DNA from: Antechinus flavipes
Taxonomy: Eukaryota
Assembly (NCBI RefSeq): GCF_016432865.1
Contig: NC_067401.1
Coordinates: forward strand, 141,298,001-141,362,000
Length of the DNA stretch: 64,000 nucleotides
Direction of reading: 5' to 3'
Numbering within the stretch: the first letter of the stretch is position 1; each line of letters starts with the position of its first letter. This document shows, in pieces, positions 11,438-23,990 of the stretch. The notes beneath the pieces are model-generated. The model saw only the letters and a program-made list of their open reading frames with translations, did no database searches and was not told where the DNA came from. A program made the position numbers and the translations under genes.

Positions 11438-12787
11438 GTAAGAAGGTTCAGGAAGCCACATACTGAAGGGGACCTGCACCCCTCCCCCTGCCACCTTCTA
11501 ATCCATTCTCCCTCCACCTGCCTGACCTGTTCTTCTGGAATCTAAATACATCTTGGGTGGGTGTCTTGTTTTCTCAATAGACCAGAAGCCCTCCCTGGGA
11601 CTTTGTCATCCCCACCACAATGGGGGCTTCCTCTTTCTCTCTCGCACTAGCAGACTCCTTGTCCGACTCCAGACTGTGTACCTTTGCCCAGGCTGAACCC
11701 TTGTGCCTCAAATATTCTTCCTCAGCTCTGTCCCTTAGAGCCCCCAGTTTCCTTGGAACCTAAGTTCAGGTATCACCTCCAAAGGAGGCATTTCCTGATT
11801 CCACCTCTCCCCACCCCAGCTGCTCCCCCAAATTATCCTGTGTTGATTTTGCATACGTTGTGTTTATACTCAACTCCCCACACGCCATTCCTGCCAACAG
11901 AATGGAAGTTAGTTGAGAGCAGAGAGTGTTCTGTGGCCGTGGTTGAGCTTCAATAAATGATTGACAGATTGATTGGCAGGTTGACTGTGGGGGAGACTCT
12001 ACCCTAGAGACCCAGTTTACCTGTAAGAAACTAAGCGTTTCTGGGATATCACCACAGAGCCTCCTGCATCACAGTGAAGGCAGCCACTGTAACTGCTATC
12101 AGACTGGCTCTCACCCTCTGGCCCCTTCCTACCTTCCTTAAATTTGACTCTGTTCTCCCTCCTTTAGGATAGAGCTTCCCCACGACCTATTTGCGGTTCT
12201 TCCTTTCGGACACTCGGTTTCCCGACTCTTTCTCCACCCCTTTTCACTGTCTTTCTTCCAAGCCTTTAATGCTCTCCCTCCTCTTCCTCTCGGAGTCTTC
12301 CCGGAGTCTCCCAACAGACCCAATTCAAATCCTACCTCACCCTTCTTCCTTCACCCTGCCCCCTCCCAACCCCTACCTCCTGCCTCACTTCCCAAGGAGG
12401 GCATCTTTCGGGAACGATCTTCCATCTTCTTGTATATATTATATGGACACAGGTGTTCGTAGGTGGGCTCCTTCATTAGAATGTAAGCTTCTTGAGGGCA
12501 GGGAATCTATTTTTTGAGGTTGTTTTGTTGGGGGAGGGCGCTGCCTTTCTTTGTATACCCAGGGCAGGGCACTAGATTGTTTGTTGACTGACTACCTAAG
12601 GGAAGGAACTCTATCCTTGCTTAGCGCAAAGCCAGGCACACAGTAGCGCTTCAATAAAAGCTGGTGGCCATTGGACTGCCTCCCGCCAATGCGAACCCCC
12701 CCCACAAATACGGGAAAGCTCTGGCCACAGCCTGGGACCGAAAGGCCTGCTGGAGTCCCAGGGAGCCCCGGCTCCCGAAAAGGATAT
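11438..12787 (-). other. PLCD3: U12-type (minor spliceosome) AT-AC intron, PLCD3 intron 3
   Basis: 5' splice site ATATCCTTTT at 12787-12778. Branch site TTCCTGAAC at 11454-11446. Terminal AC at 11439-11438. Splicing here restores LD-H-WIH in frame (CA+T). Confidence 0.95.
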
Positions 12788-13016
12788 TGGTCAAGCTTTT
12801 CTCTCTGGTTCATGGCGTCCAGACGCGCCCGGAGCTTGGCCAGGCCGCGCACCCAGCGCTGCGCCTCCTCCTCGGTGAGCGCCGCTAGGTCCAGATTCTT
12901 GCGCTGGCCCTTGAAGGTGATCGTGAGGCAGCAGCCGGAGGGGAAGGCGCCCCCATAGCGTCGCAGCCCCTCGGACTGATGGCCCTGGCGGACAGCCTCA
13001 ATGTTCTGCAAGGAGA
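12788..13016 (-). CDS. PLCD3: PLCD3 exon 3 (PH domain, C-terminal half)
   Basis: Acceptor ccccgcag, 229 nt, encodes SLQNIEAVRQGHQSEGLRRYGGAFPSGCCLTITFKGQRKNLDLAA...REKLD. Ends at a U12-type ATATCCTTT donor. Confidence 0.96.
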
Positions 13017-13377
13017 CTGCGGGGGGTGGGGGGCAAGGCGGGGATGGGGGGGAAGGCGTCGGCTTTAAACGGAGCTGGAGGGGACTTGGAAATCTGAGAG
13101 CCCACCTCACCCCCACCACATTACAAGGACCTCAAGCGCAGAGCTGGGACTTTAATCTGGGTCTACTGAGACCCCAATCCCTGCCTCTACTACCTGGAGA
13201 AAAGAAACAGCCACTGGAGAGGGGGTGGGGAGGGCCCAAGGGCTAGGCTGCGAACAGCCGGCAGCCCACGCTAAGGGGTGGGGGCTCGGGAGAAACACTT
13301 GCTGGGGGGGGGGGGAGGAGGGGGAACCTTCCCGCATAGGGAGGAGAGGGCGATAACCTAAGGCATGGCTCACGCAC

Positions 13378-13539
13378 AGACGTGATGAGATTTAGGACGT
13401 CGGAAGCGCCGCTGGAACCACACGGTCATACAGTCATCCTGCAGCCGATAGAAGCGGATCTTTTGCCACTTGAGCGACCTGATCTTGCAGAACTGTGAAC
13501 CCTTCAGCATAGCCAGCACATCTTCATCTTCGTTCAGGT
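13378..13539 (-). CDS. PLCD3: PLCD3 exon 2 (PH domain, N-terminal half)
   Basis: Acceptor ttctttcag, 162 nt, encodes DLNEDEDVLAMLKGSQFCKIRSLKWQKIRFYRLQDDCMTVWFQRRFRRPKSHHV. Donor GTGCGT. Confidence 0.96.
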
Positions 13540-14392
13540 CTGAAAGAAGGAGAATAATTTGTTGCCAAGTCGATTCTGTCATGGTCGACCCCGACCCCAT
13601 ATTCGGCAAAGATACTGGAGGGGTTTGCCTTTTCCTTCTCCAGCTCATTTTACAGATGAGGAAACTGAGGCAAACAGGATCAAGTAAATTGCTCAGGGTC
13701 ACACAAGTTGTAAGTGTCTGAGGCTGCTTTTGAACTCGGGTCTTGAGTCCAGAGCCAGGGCTGCTCTGCTATCTAGGTGCTCCTCAATCTGTGCTTTTAG
13801 GGAAGAGACCCTTTTTAGAGCGCAGCCTACTCAGAGAGCTGTCTCTACTCTCTTTCTGATTAGCTCGATAAATTGACGTCCAAAAATGGAAAAGACCTTA
13901 GAGTCCAACCTCCCTCACATTATCTACTGCACTAATTAGTTGCCCAAAGAGTAGTCAGAGAAGCCATTACTGCAAGACCCTACAAAATGCCCCCATTCCT
14001 GATACAGAGACCCACATCTACTGGTATTGAGCCCTCTATTGCTGTCACTAGGCCCCCATCTTCAACACTAAGCCCTCCCATCTCTGCTACTGACCCCTTT
14101 ATTGCTGCTCAGACATCCCCCTCCCTTCCTCAATAGTAAGCTCTTCCATCTTTGTTTTTCCCATCTCAGATACTGAATTATCCCTGTTCTGGAAAGAACA
14201 CTGTGAACTTGTAGCTGTAGGAACCAAATTCACATTATGGCTCCTAAGTCTGTTTGACTTGATTTCCTCATCTGTTAAAAATGGGTTGGATTAAACTGTC
14301 ATCCCATGATGATCCTCATCTCTGAGTACTTTCCTTCTCAGCATTGAACCCTCATACCAGATACTTTCTAGTACCCCCCTCTACATATACCC

Positions 14393-14394
<2 letters not shown>

Positions 14395-14438
<44 letters not shown>
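14395..14438. repeat. (CA)n microsatellite
   Basis: Uninterrupted CA run. Confidence 0.95.
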
Positions 14439-14441
<3 letters not shown>

Positions 14442-16465
14442 CTGATGCTCAGGATTGTACTTGGAGCAGTGGACGGAGATTGTTCCCCCCTCATTTACAT
14501 CTAAAAATATTTTCAAGTTCGTTGTCCTGAAGGGCAGGTTATTTGCTCTTACTCCAGCCTGGTTAATGTTTATCTCTCTGGAAGGATCAGAAACTGAGCA
14601 ACATCCAGAGACCTACATCTATGTCTCCATTCTCCAACTGAATTCTCATCCTTGACCCCTTTGAGTCCAGCCCTCAACAGCTTATAGGGTGAAGGCTTCT
14701 CATGCCTTCCACTCAATACTTGGCACACTCTGAGTATCATAGAAACAGCTCCCAATAGCCTTTCTCCTGGCTCAAAATTCTGATAATCAGAAAGTTCTTC
14801 CTATCTAACCTAAATTTCTCCTGCTGCAACCTAAGCCCCACTCCTTCATTCCCTGTTGCCTTGCCCAATTGGGGGGGAGGGAGGCACACAAATGACAGCT
14901 CGGACTTTCAGGGCTCCAGGTAAGTAGGTTAGAACAGCAAGCTGGCAGCCATGGATTCCTGGGCACAGGTCCAGCAGGGCTGCTACCCTGGTGGGAAAGA
15001 TTGGGTGGAGCTGATCTCTGGATGACCTACTCTGTTTTTGGAGAGAACTGATATCTGGCCTCCCACTTACCCTGGGCCTCTCCCTTCCCTAGTTCTTTAA
15101 CTCTTATTTTGAAATTCCCTACCACCAGTCCTCTTCTTATACTCTACTCCCTGATCCAGACCACAAGCCTTATCTTTATCCAGATCCCAGGTTCAAAGAG
15201 ACTGCACAAAGGAATGGGGAAGATTGTATGGTTTCTCCTCCATTAGTGCCCGCATTTACTCCTGCTCCCACATCACCCCCTTCCACTTCTGCTCTTGGGA
15301 GATTAATGAGAATGGACATCTTATTTCAAATATATGAGTCCCCCCACATTAGAGAAACAACATATGTGCTACCTCTTGTGGAGTCAGAGAGAAGTGACCA
15401 ACGCCTATGTTTTTAACCAGGAAGCAATCAGTCCCATTCCCTGATTCTTGGAGTCTTGGACATTTCTCTGGTCACTCTCCTCATCTAGCCAACATCTCCT
15501 TGATACTTTCTTTTGAGGGGTAGTGACTTGAGGAAAAGGAAGGAGGGGGAATCAAAAGAGGGACCCCACTACAAATTCATAAGTCCTGGGAACCCATGGA
15601 AATAGTTTCTCTACTGAAATACAATCATGGCTCATCAGTGTTACTTCTCATCTGACTGAGATACAGAAGATATTTTATTATTTATTTCTTTTATTGAAGT
15701 AACTTACCCAGAGTCACACATCTACCAAGTACCTGGGGCCAGGTTTAAATCCAGATCCTCTGGACTCCAGGGACAGTGCTTTCTACCCACTACACTAGCT
15801 AGCTGCCTTCAGAAGGCACTTTAGGAAACTACTCAGCCACAGAACTAAAGATTTAGAGCAAACCCAATTAGTCCAAACCCCTCATTCTACAGATAAAGAA
15901 ATTCAGGCACTAGGAGTCTAAATGCCTTGCCCAAGATCTCAGAGGTAACAGATGTCAAAGGTGGAACTGGAACCAAGCTCCTCAGCTCAGTTTCCTCATC
16001 TGTAAAATGTACAGCTTTGAAATAGGCAGTACAATTATTATAATAATTGTGGTAGTGCTACTTCACTGAGCTATTGTGAGTCTCAGAGGATGATGGACGG
16101 CAAACACTTGGTGAACAATACTTTTTCCCCTCTTAAATGTGAGTGATTATTATTTTGGCACTAGGTTGGGTTCATCGACCCCACTCCCACTTCTCTGGCA
16201 AATAGAGAGCTGGGGGATGGACTAACCCTTGTTTCTATGACAACCAACAACCAATCTAGCTTCGAGATACAGCTGCTGAGCCCAGCCCCCTCTTTTTCTC
16301 CCATTTCCCTGCCCCCACACTTTGGAAGCAAATGACTAAGACCGGAAATGGAGGTGAGTCACTCATTCCCCGGAGGCAGATTTGCCCAAACTCTTTCTGC
16401 AAACAGGCAAAAGTTCCGTAGTGCAGCCCCAACCTCAGCCGACCACCGCTACTTTCACTAAGCGC

Positions 16466-16490
16466 ACACACACACACACACACACACACA
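16466..16490. repeat. (CA)n microsatellite
   Basis: Uninterrupted CA run. Confidence 0.95.
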
Positions 16491-18904
16491 GCCCTGACGA
16501 GAGTCTGCTGGGGTCACCGAAGCCCCTCCGGCTCTCCACCGGGGCAGCTCCGGGCACCGGAGTGACCAGCTGGGAGAAGGGCGCGTGATTCGGTCACATC
16601 TGTCCCAGATGTTCCGCATCGCCATCTGCCCTCCCGAGCACACACATCACCTGCCTCCAGGCATTGGCCGGGACGCCGCCCAGTTCTTTGGGAAAGGGGC
16701 AAAGCAGAACAGGGCACCTGACAGAATGAAAGGTCCGGTTCGGGTGTCTCGGGTTTGTATGCCTCAGTTTACAAGTCTGGGGATGGTAAGATCACCCATA
16801 CCCCAAGGTGAGTGAGAGATCCACGGAGAATGAGGATGGGAGCTGCCGGGGAGCCCAAGCCAGAAGTTAGGTATGAAGCCCAAGGCTGTCACCAGCCAAA
16901 TGAAATGTTAGTATCAACAGCACCAGTTTTATCTTCTTCCTCATTCCTGCTCTGGGCTTGACCCAAACAGATGCAAAAACCTCTCACCTAGTACCAGTCT
17001 TCTCTGTAAAATGGGGCTAAATAATAGACCTATGTCCAGGATGGCTATGAGAATCAAAGGAAATAATTTTGTCAGCCTTAAAGAACTACATAAATGCTAT
17101 TTTTATTAAACCTTTCACACTCAATGGTACCATCTCTCACTGACCACTTCTCTCTCCATTCTGGGTAACTGCTGGAAGATCCAGCTGTGCTCACAGCCCC
17201 CTTGCTCAGTGATAGAGCTGGAGAAAAAGCTGAGAAACGATGAGGGGGAGGAGGGCAAGAGTGGGCAGGAGAAGGGGGAGAAAAGAAAGGACAGAGGAGA
17301 GAAGGGGGAGAGGGAAGATAAAGGAAAGAGGGAGAGGAGGAGAAAGGGAGTCTAGAAAAAGGGAGATAAGTAAAGAAGACATTAGACCCTTGTCTTTTTC
17401 TCTTGCCATACCCATATAAAGACATCAAAAACCTTGAGAGAGGAGAGAAGAGGAGGAATAACCCTGGAAACTACAAGGGCAGTAGGGAAGATGTCAGACC
17501 CTGTTCCCCAAAACATTTTTTCTCACTGCCCCTCCTTCTCCATGACCTCTGTTTTATAAGGAGAGAAATCAAGGCAGACTCTTGATAGAATTAGCCATAT
17601 TTACCCAGCCAGGAAGGGGGAACTAGGTGTATGAGCCACTTTCACTTTCTATGGATTCCTCCCTGATTTTATCCCATCCCTAGAGATGGGTAGGTTTTTT
17701 CACTGTCCACTTTTCTCCATTGAAGGGGAATAGATAGAAGGGGAGAGATAGGAAGAGGTGGCTGTCCCTGCGCTCTGTCACAGGAGCCCCAGTTGGAGTT
17801 ATTTTGGGCCCCTGTCAGCACTCAGGTCCAGACACCTTCCATTACCCAGTCTCAAAGATGGGGGGTGAGGGGGGAGATGCGCTGGGGCCTCTATCCCTCC
17901 TCTACTGACCTCTTAAAAAGATAAAATGTCTAGCAGCCCGAGGACTTGGAGTTAAGGAAGCTGCTTTTTTGTGTTCTGCCCAAGGGATGGGTGTGGTCCC
18001 TAGGGAGGAGGTTCCAGGTACAGCTTGGGGGAGAGAGCCTGGTTGGGCCCTCCAAAGCAAAGCAGGGGAGCAGTTATGTGTGTGGAGAGAAGGGTATGTA
18101 TGTAGGGCGTTCCATGTATACATAGAGAGATGTACATTCAAGGGAGCTTGGAGGGGATTTGTGAGTTGGCAGCAGGAATGTCAGACATGCAGAAAGCCTA
18201 ACCACATGCCAGGGGCATGGGTGAGAGGGGAGAAGGGACATTTCCTGATGACATCAGCAGGATAAAACACCCAGTGGGGAGGGCACCCTTTACTGGATTC
18301 CCCTCATACCCTCGTGATCCAGAATTTGCCTCTGTCCACTGAGATTCTTAATCAACAACTCCCCCAGCCAGATTCCCCCTGGCTAACCCCACCCTCACTG
18401 GCAAGTATAAAGACCTCTAGAGCAATCCATTCAAAAGGTAACAAAGACAGGAAAGCAAAGTCAAGGAAAGAGTCTGGTTCCCTAGAACTTGCAACCAAAG
18501 GAGGTGAGAGCGGGTGGGTCTAGGATTACATTGCCCATCCCTGGGAGAGCCTTGAGCCCTCTGAGGAATGATTCAGCTTCAGTAGGGTTAATGGGAACAA
18601 GTCACAGGTTATTTGTCAACTAAAGAAAACCAGTCCTCATGAAAGTTGTAGAGGAACTGAGACCAGGAAAAGGGAGACCACATAGATACAGTCAACTCCT
18701 GTGGGTGGCAGCAAGATGCCCTCCATTGCTTACCAATTGAGATGCCTGAGTTCTGCCCTTGAGCCTCCCCACAGGGGGAGGTTGGCCAGACTGAGGTTTC
18801 CTGTAGTTTTGTCCAACCTTAATTTCACAAGGCTAACTAGAGAGGAAGAATCGGGGGACAGGAAAAGGGACCTTACTCAGCCCTGAAAACTCACCTTTTT
18901 TTCC

Positions 18905-19215
18905 TTTTCTTTTTTCTTTTTGATAGTCCTTTTTTTTAAAATTAAAACTTTATATTTACAAAACATATGCACGAATAATTTTTCAAAATTGATCCTTGCA
19001 TAGCCTCGTGTTCCAGATTTTCCCTTCCTTCCCCCATCTCCTCCCCTAGCTGGCAAGTAATCCAATATATGTTACACATGTTAAAATATATGTTAAATTC
19101 AATATATGTAAATCTTGTTGCACAAGAGAGATCAGATCAAAAAGGAAAAAAGATGAATAAGAAAACGAAATTTATAGGAACAACAACAAAAAGAGTGAGA
19201 ATGTTATGTTATGGT
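18905..19215 (-). mobile_element. LINE-1 3' end (antisense to +)
   Basis: Reverse complement of the L1 3' UTR seen at 23700-23990. Confidence 0.8.
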
Positions 19216-19558
19216 CCATACTCGAAACTCACCTTTCAAAAGAGGTCTCAAGGAAAACATTGTAGGCTAAGTCCCAGCCTTAGGAGAGCATTCAACCGCT
19301 GCCTGGGCTATGAATAAATCCTATGACTAGAAACCCAGGCTCTCTGTGGATTCAGCAATTCTAGGCAGTCAATGGTGAAAGAGATTAGGGGATTATAGAA
19401 AAGGGGATGGGTTTTTCTGCAGAAACCTGGGTAGGACATAGTAGATTAGGAGAGGGATGATCAAAATTCAACTAGTCCAAGCCTCTCAATTATTAGAAGA
19501 GACCCAATCACATTAAATAATTATAACTAGCATTTACATAGCATCTACTACATTCTGG

Positions 19559-19935
19559 TGAAATAGCCCAGGCAATAAAATTCAAGACAGCCACAATGAG
19601 GAAAGTTTTAGAATTTATTTGGTACCGAGCTCGGGACAGAATTCCATCCCTTACAGAACTAAAGACAGCCTTATAAGCATTTCTGTTCGGCTTGTTACAT
19701 TTTAATCTGTGATTCGCCTTTTACAACAGGAGGATGGGGGTTTTACAGGATAACAAGAGAACCTCACCTGGGCAGATGTTTTAACATAGATAGAAAGTTT
19801 CGGCTACCATCCTCCCCCACCCTTAAGAGCATTGTTGAGCCGGCCTTTTGAAATGCAAAAGAAGTCCCCCAATCTAGCTGAGCAAACTTTCTTCTGCTGG
19901 CCCGAGGCAGAAAGGAGGGCTATTTGTCCATTTCA
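19559..19935 (-). mobile_element. Probable ERV solo LTR (gammaretrovirus/ERV1-like), 377 bp
   Basis: TG...CA ends with an imperfect inverted repeat (TGAAATAGCCC and GGGCTATTT...TTTCA). Near-TSD of 4 bp (CTGG/TTGG). Minus-strand TATA-like at 19671-19676 and AATAAA at 19619-19614. It interrupts an older repeat whose sequence resumes on the other side. Confidence 0.72.
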
Positions 19936-20699
19936 TTGGCACAGTGCTAAACTATATAGATTCTCACAATAACTCTAGAAATAGGTGATATAATTATATC
20001 CATTTTACAGATGAGGAAACTGAAGCAACGGGAGATTAAATGATTTACCCCCCAGAGTCACACAACTAGGAATTGAACTCAGATATTCCTGATTCCAAGC
20101 CCAATATGCTATCCACTGTGCCAGCTCCCTCTAAGAAATTTATGAGTGACTTATATAGGATTTAAAGGTGGGTCTTCTGAATCCACCCCCAAGACTCTCC
20201 TCTTCTCTCACAAAGTTTTTTCCAGAAGCCTGATGTTTCCCATTTATCTTTTCTAAGAGGATCTGGAGGAAAGGGGCAGAAAAGAAAGAGGAACATTTGG
20301 CCCAATCCAAGCTGTGTCCCTCGGAAGGACCTTGCCTGTGGAAGTATCCAGAAACAGGAACTCTTCACCCCTGGACAAATTGCCCCAATCAGGAGTTCTG
20401 CTTGATCCTGCCAAACAACTCTTCTTACTGTTCTACTTAACTCACTCAGACTGAAAATCAAAGTGCTATTCAGTGGCTCCATCACCCAGTTGCTACCCAG
20501 CTGTGAAAGAGGGCTCCCTCCTCTCTCCTATCAGTGTAAGTTCTCCCTCTATACCCTAATCACTCCTCCCTTGCACTTTTCTTCCCTCTCCCTGAATGTC
20601 TGTATCAGAAATAAAATTTCCTGAGCTTCATAGAAGGAATCCATGGCTTGGAGACATATGCTGTTTTGGGAAAAAGGCTAGTGAGTATAAAAGTAGAAG

Positions 20700-21720
20700 A
20701 AAGGCCACTCTAGAGAGCAATTTGGAAACATGCCCAAAGGGTTATAAACCTGCAAACCCTTTGGTTCAGCATTATCACTACTGGATAATACAAAGAGATC
20801 ATCAAAGAGAGAAAAGGATCCACATGTGCAAAAATATTTGTAGCAACTCTTTTTTTGTGGTGGCAAAGAATTGGAAATTGTACTGCTCCCCATCACTTGG
20901 GGAATGGCTAATAAACTGTGGTATTTGAACTATTGTTCTGTAAAAATGATGAGCAGACTGATTTCAGAAAAATCTGGAAAGACTTTCATGAACTGATGCT
21001 GAGTGAAGTGAGCAGAACCGGAACAGTATACATTGTAAAAGCACGATTGTGTGATGATCATTTATGACAGATAGCTCTTCTCAATAATACAATGATGCAA
21101 GACAATTCCAATAAACTTGGGATGGAAAATGCCATCCTCATCCAGAGGAAAAAAGAGATTGAATTCAGATCAAAGCTACTATTTTCACTTTTTTTCCCCT
21201 TCTCACAGTTTTTCCTTTGTTTTGATTTTTTTCTTTCACAACATGACTAACATTGAAAGATGTTTAAAATATTGCACATGTATAATCTATATCAGATTGT
21301 TTGCTGTCTTGGTAATGGGAAGAGGTAAGAGAAGGAGGAAGAAAAAAATTTGGAATTCAAAGTCTTACAAAAGTGAATGTTGATCTGATAGACTCTCAGT
21401 TCTAAACCCTAAATTCGAGTTCTCTTCAATGAGATGATTCAAACTAGTTCCACTTATTCAGTGATGAAAAGAGTTAACTGAACCCAAAGAGAGGACTGTG
21501 GGAGCTGAACAAATTGTATAAATAAATAAACATACACACACACACACATATTGGATTTAACATAAACTTTTACATATTTAACATGTATTGGACTACCTGC
21601 CATCTAGGGAAGGAGGTGGGAAGAAAGAGGGGAAAAGTTGGAACAGAAGGTTTGGCAAGAATCAATGTTGAAAAATTACCCATGCATATGTTTTGTAAAT
21701 AATAATAATAATAAAGTGAA
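20700..21720 (+). mobile_element. Older LINE-1 3' fragments (degenerate ORF2 end and two 3' UTR pieces)
   Basis: FFVVAKNWK...LGEWL peptide with frameshifts, followed by marsupial L1 3' UTR motifs also seen at 27106-27787 and 23500-23990. Boundaries approximate. Confidence 0.8.
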
Positions 21721-21929
21721 TGTTGAAAACTATTTTTCACATAATTGGAGAAAATAAAATACTGTTAAGTGGAAAGAAAAAAAAAAAAAAGGAAGGAAAA
21801 AAGGCTGGAAGGAATCAAATTTCAGAAGTCCTGAAGATTAGTTTCTCACTAGACCTGAAAAGAATCCTATGAATTTTCAATTCTGTTTCTAAGACTCATC
21901 TCTCTCTCCCCCACACTTCTTTCTCTCTC

Positions 21930-22400
21930 TTTCTCTCTTTTTTATTTTTCAAAACATATGTATGGATAATTCTTCGACATTAACACTTGCAAAACCTTGT
22001 GTGCCAATTTTTCCCTCTTTCTTCACCACCTCTTCTAGATGTCAAGTAGTACAATATATATTAAACATGGTAGAAATATATTAAATCCAATATATGCATA
22101 CATATTTATATAATTATCTTGCTGCACAAGAAAAATCAAATTAAACCAGAAAGAAAAATGAGAACAAAAATAAAATGCAAGCAAACAACAACAAAAAGAG
22201 TGAAAATGCTATGTTGTCGTCCATACTCAGTTCCCATAATCCTCTCTCTGGGTGTATATGGTTTTCTTCATCACAAGATCATTGGAACTTTTCTGAATCA
22301 TTTTATTGTTGAAGAGAACCCTGTCCATCAGAATTGATCACTGTATAGTCTTGTTGTTGCCATGTATAATGATCTCCTGGTTTTGCTCATTTCACTTAAT
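21930..22400 (-). mobile_element. LINE-1 3' end (antisense to +)
   Basis: Same reverse-complement L1 3' UTR motifs (cttgctgcacaagaaaaatca, gatcattggaact). Confidence 0.8.
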
Positions 22401-23109
22401 ATACTAAGACTCATTTCTTAATCTTTACAAAGATCCCTGTAATGTAGGTGCAATTATTATTTCAATTTTGCAGATAAGGAATCTGAGATACAGAGAAGTT
22501 AAGAGATTTACAGTCACCTAGCCAGTAACTGAACCTGTCAGACTTTGAACATAGCTGTTCTTGATTCCAAGCCCAGCCCTCTCTCCATAGCAACAGTAGA
22601 GAAAGTAGAATTTAATGTGCTTTAATATCCATACTCTTCCCTGGAGTATACTACCTAGTATACTGAGTAGAGGGATCTGGGAACTTCATTTAGAACTGCT
22701 GTGGACAAGGGACCCTGCTGGGTTCCCATATGTGCAATTGTGGGAAGAAGTCACACAAACTTGAAAAAGGACACATTAGAAGAAGAGACTATGGAGGAAT
22801 CTGAACATCCAACTAAATAGAACTGACTTTTTAAAAAATTAGAACTGTTTTAAAATGAACGGGGCTGCCTAGGGAGGTAGAAGAACTCACTAGGGGTTTT
22901 CAAGTGAAGGATGACTTTTCCTGAGAATTGTACAGAGACAAGATTTGAACAGGTCCCCTGACCTCAAATCTGGCATTCTTTCCCCTACCCATTTGTATAT
23001 TTTCCCTTTTTTGCAGATAGCTAGTAAGGGCAGGTATGTCTCTAATATGTATATACAATTATCCATGACTACTCTGAAGGACTTATGATAAAAAACCCTA
23101 TCAATACCC

Positions 23110-23300
23110 TTTTTCTCTCTTTCTCTGTCTCTCTCTGTCTCTCTGTCTCTCTCTCTCTCTCTTTTTGCTGAGGCAATTGGGGTTAAGTGACTTGACCAGG
23201 ACCACACAGCTAGAAAGGGTTAAGTGTCTGAGACTACATTTGAACTCCGATCCACCTGACTTCAGGGTTGGTCCTCTATCCACTGCTCCACTAAACTTTC
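23110..23300 (-). mobile_element. WSINE1-like SINE with a (GA/GACA)n tail
   Basis: Reverse complement of the short SINE. The CT-rich microsatellite at 23110-23163 is its tail. Confidence 0.75.
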
Positions 23301-23499
23301 CAATCTCTCTTTTTTTAAGCTTAATTTTTCTTAAGGGCTTTTATTTTCATTAGGGTGGGAAATCTTTAGGGTTTTTTCTCCCCCACAACTTGATTTTTAT
23401 GGAAATGTTTTGCATAATTTCACAAGTGCTTTCTTAATTGTGGGTGGGCATGAGGGAAAGAACCTATAACTCAAAAATTTTAAAAACAAATGTAAATAA

Positions 23500-23990
23500 T
23501 GCTAAGTGAAATGAGCAGAACCAGGAGATCGTTATACCCAGCAACAACAAGATTATATGATGATCAACTCTAACGGACTTGGCCCTCTTCAACAACGAGA
23601 GAATTCAAACCAGTTCCAATTGTTCAGTAATGAAGATAATCAGCTACATCCAGAGAGAGAACTATGGGAAATAAATGTGGACCACAATATAGCATTTTCA
23701 GTCTTTCTGTTATTGTTTGCTTGCATTTTGTTTCCCTTCTCAGTTTTTTTCTTTCTAGATCGGATTTTTCTTGTGCAGCAAGATATCTGTATAAATGTGG
23801 ATACATATATTGGATTTAACATATACTTTAACATATTTTACATGTATTGGACTACCTGCCATCTAGGGGAGGAGGTGGGGGAAGGAGAGGAAAAGTTGGA
23901 ATAGAAGGTTTGGCAAGGATATTAATGTTGAAAAATTACCCATGCATATGTTTTGTAAATAAAAAGCTATAATAAAAATAAAGGAGAAAT
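23500..23990 (+). mobile_element. LINE-1 3' end
   Basis: gctaagtgaaatgagcagaaccaggagatc...ctacctgccatctagggg...A-rich tail, shared with the other L1 copies in the window. Confidence 0.85.

Noticed and set aside
13540-13702. In-frame ATGs from a SINE reading directly into PLCD3 exon 2
   Set aside because: The upstream peptide is translated MAR1-like SINE sequence. A good acceptor exists at 13540 and I see no promoter evidence.
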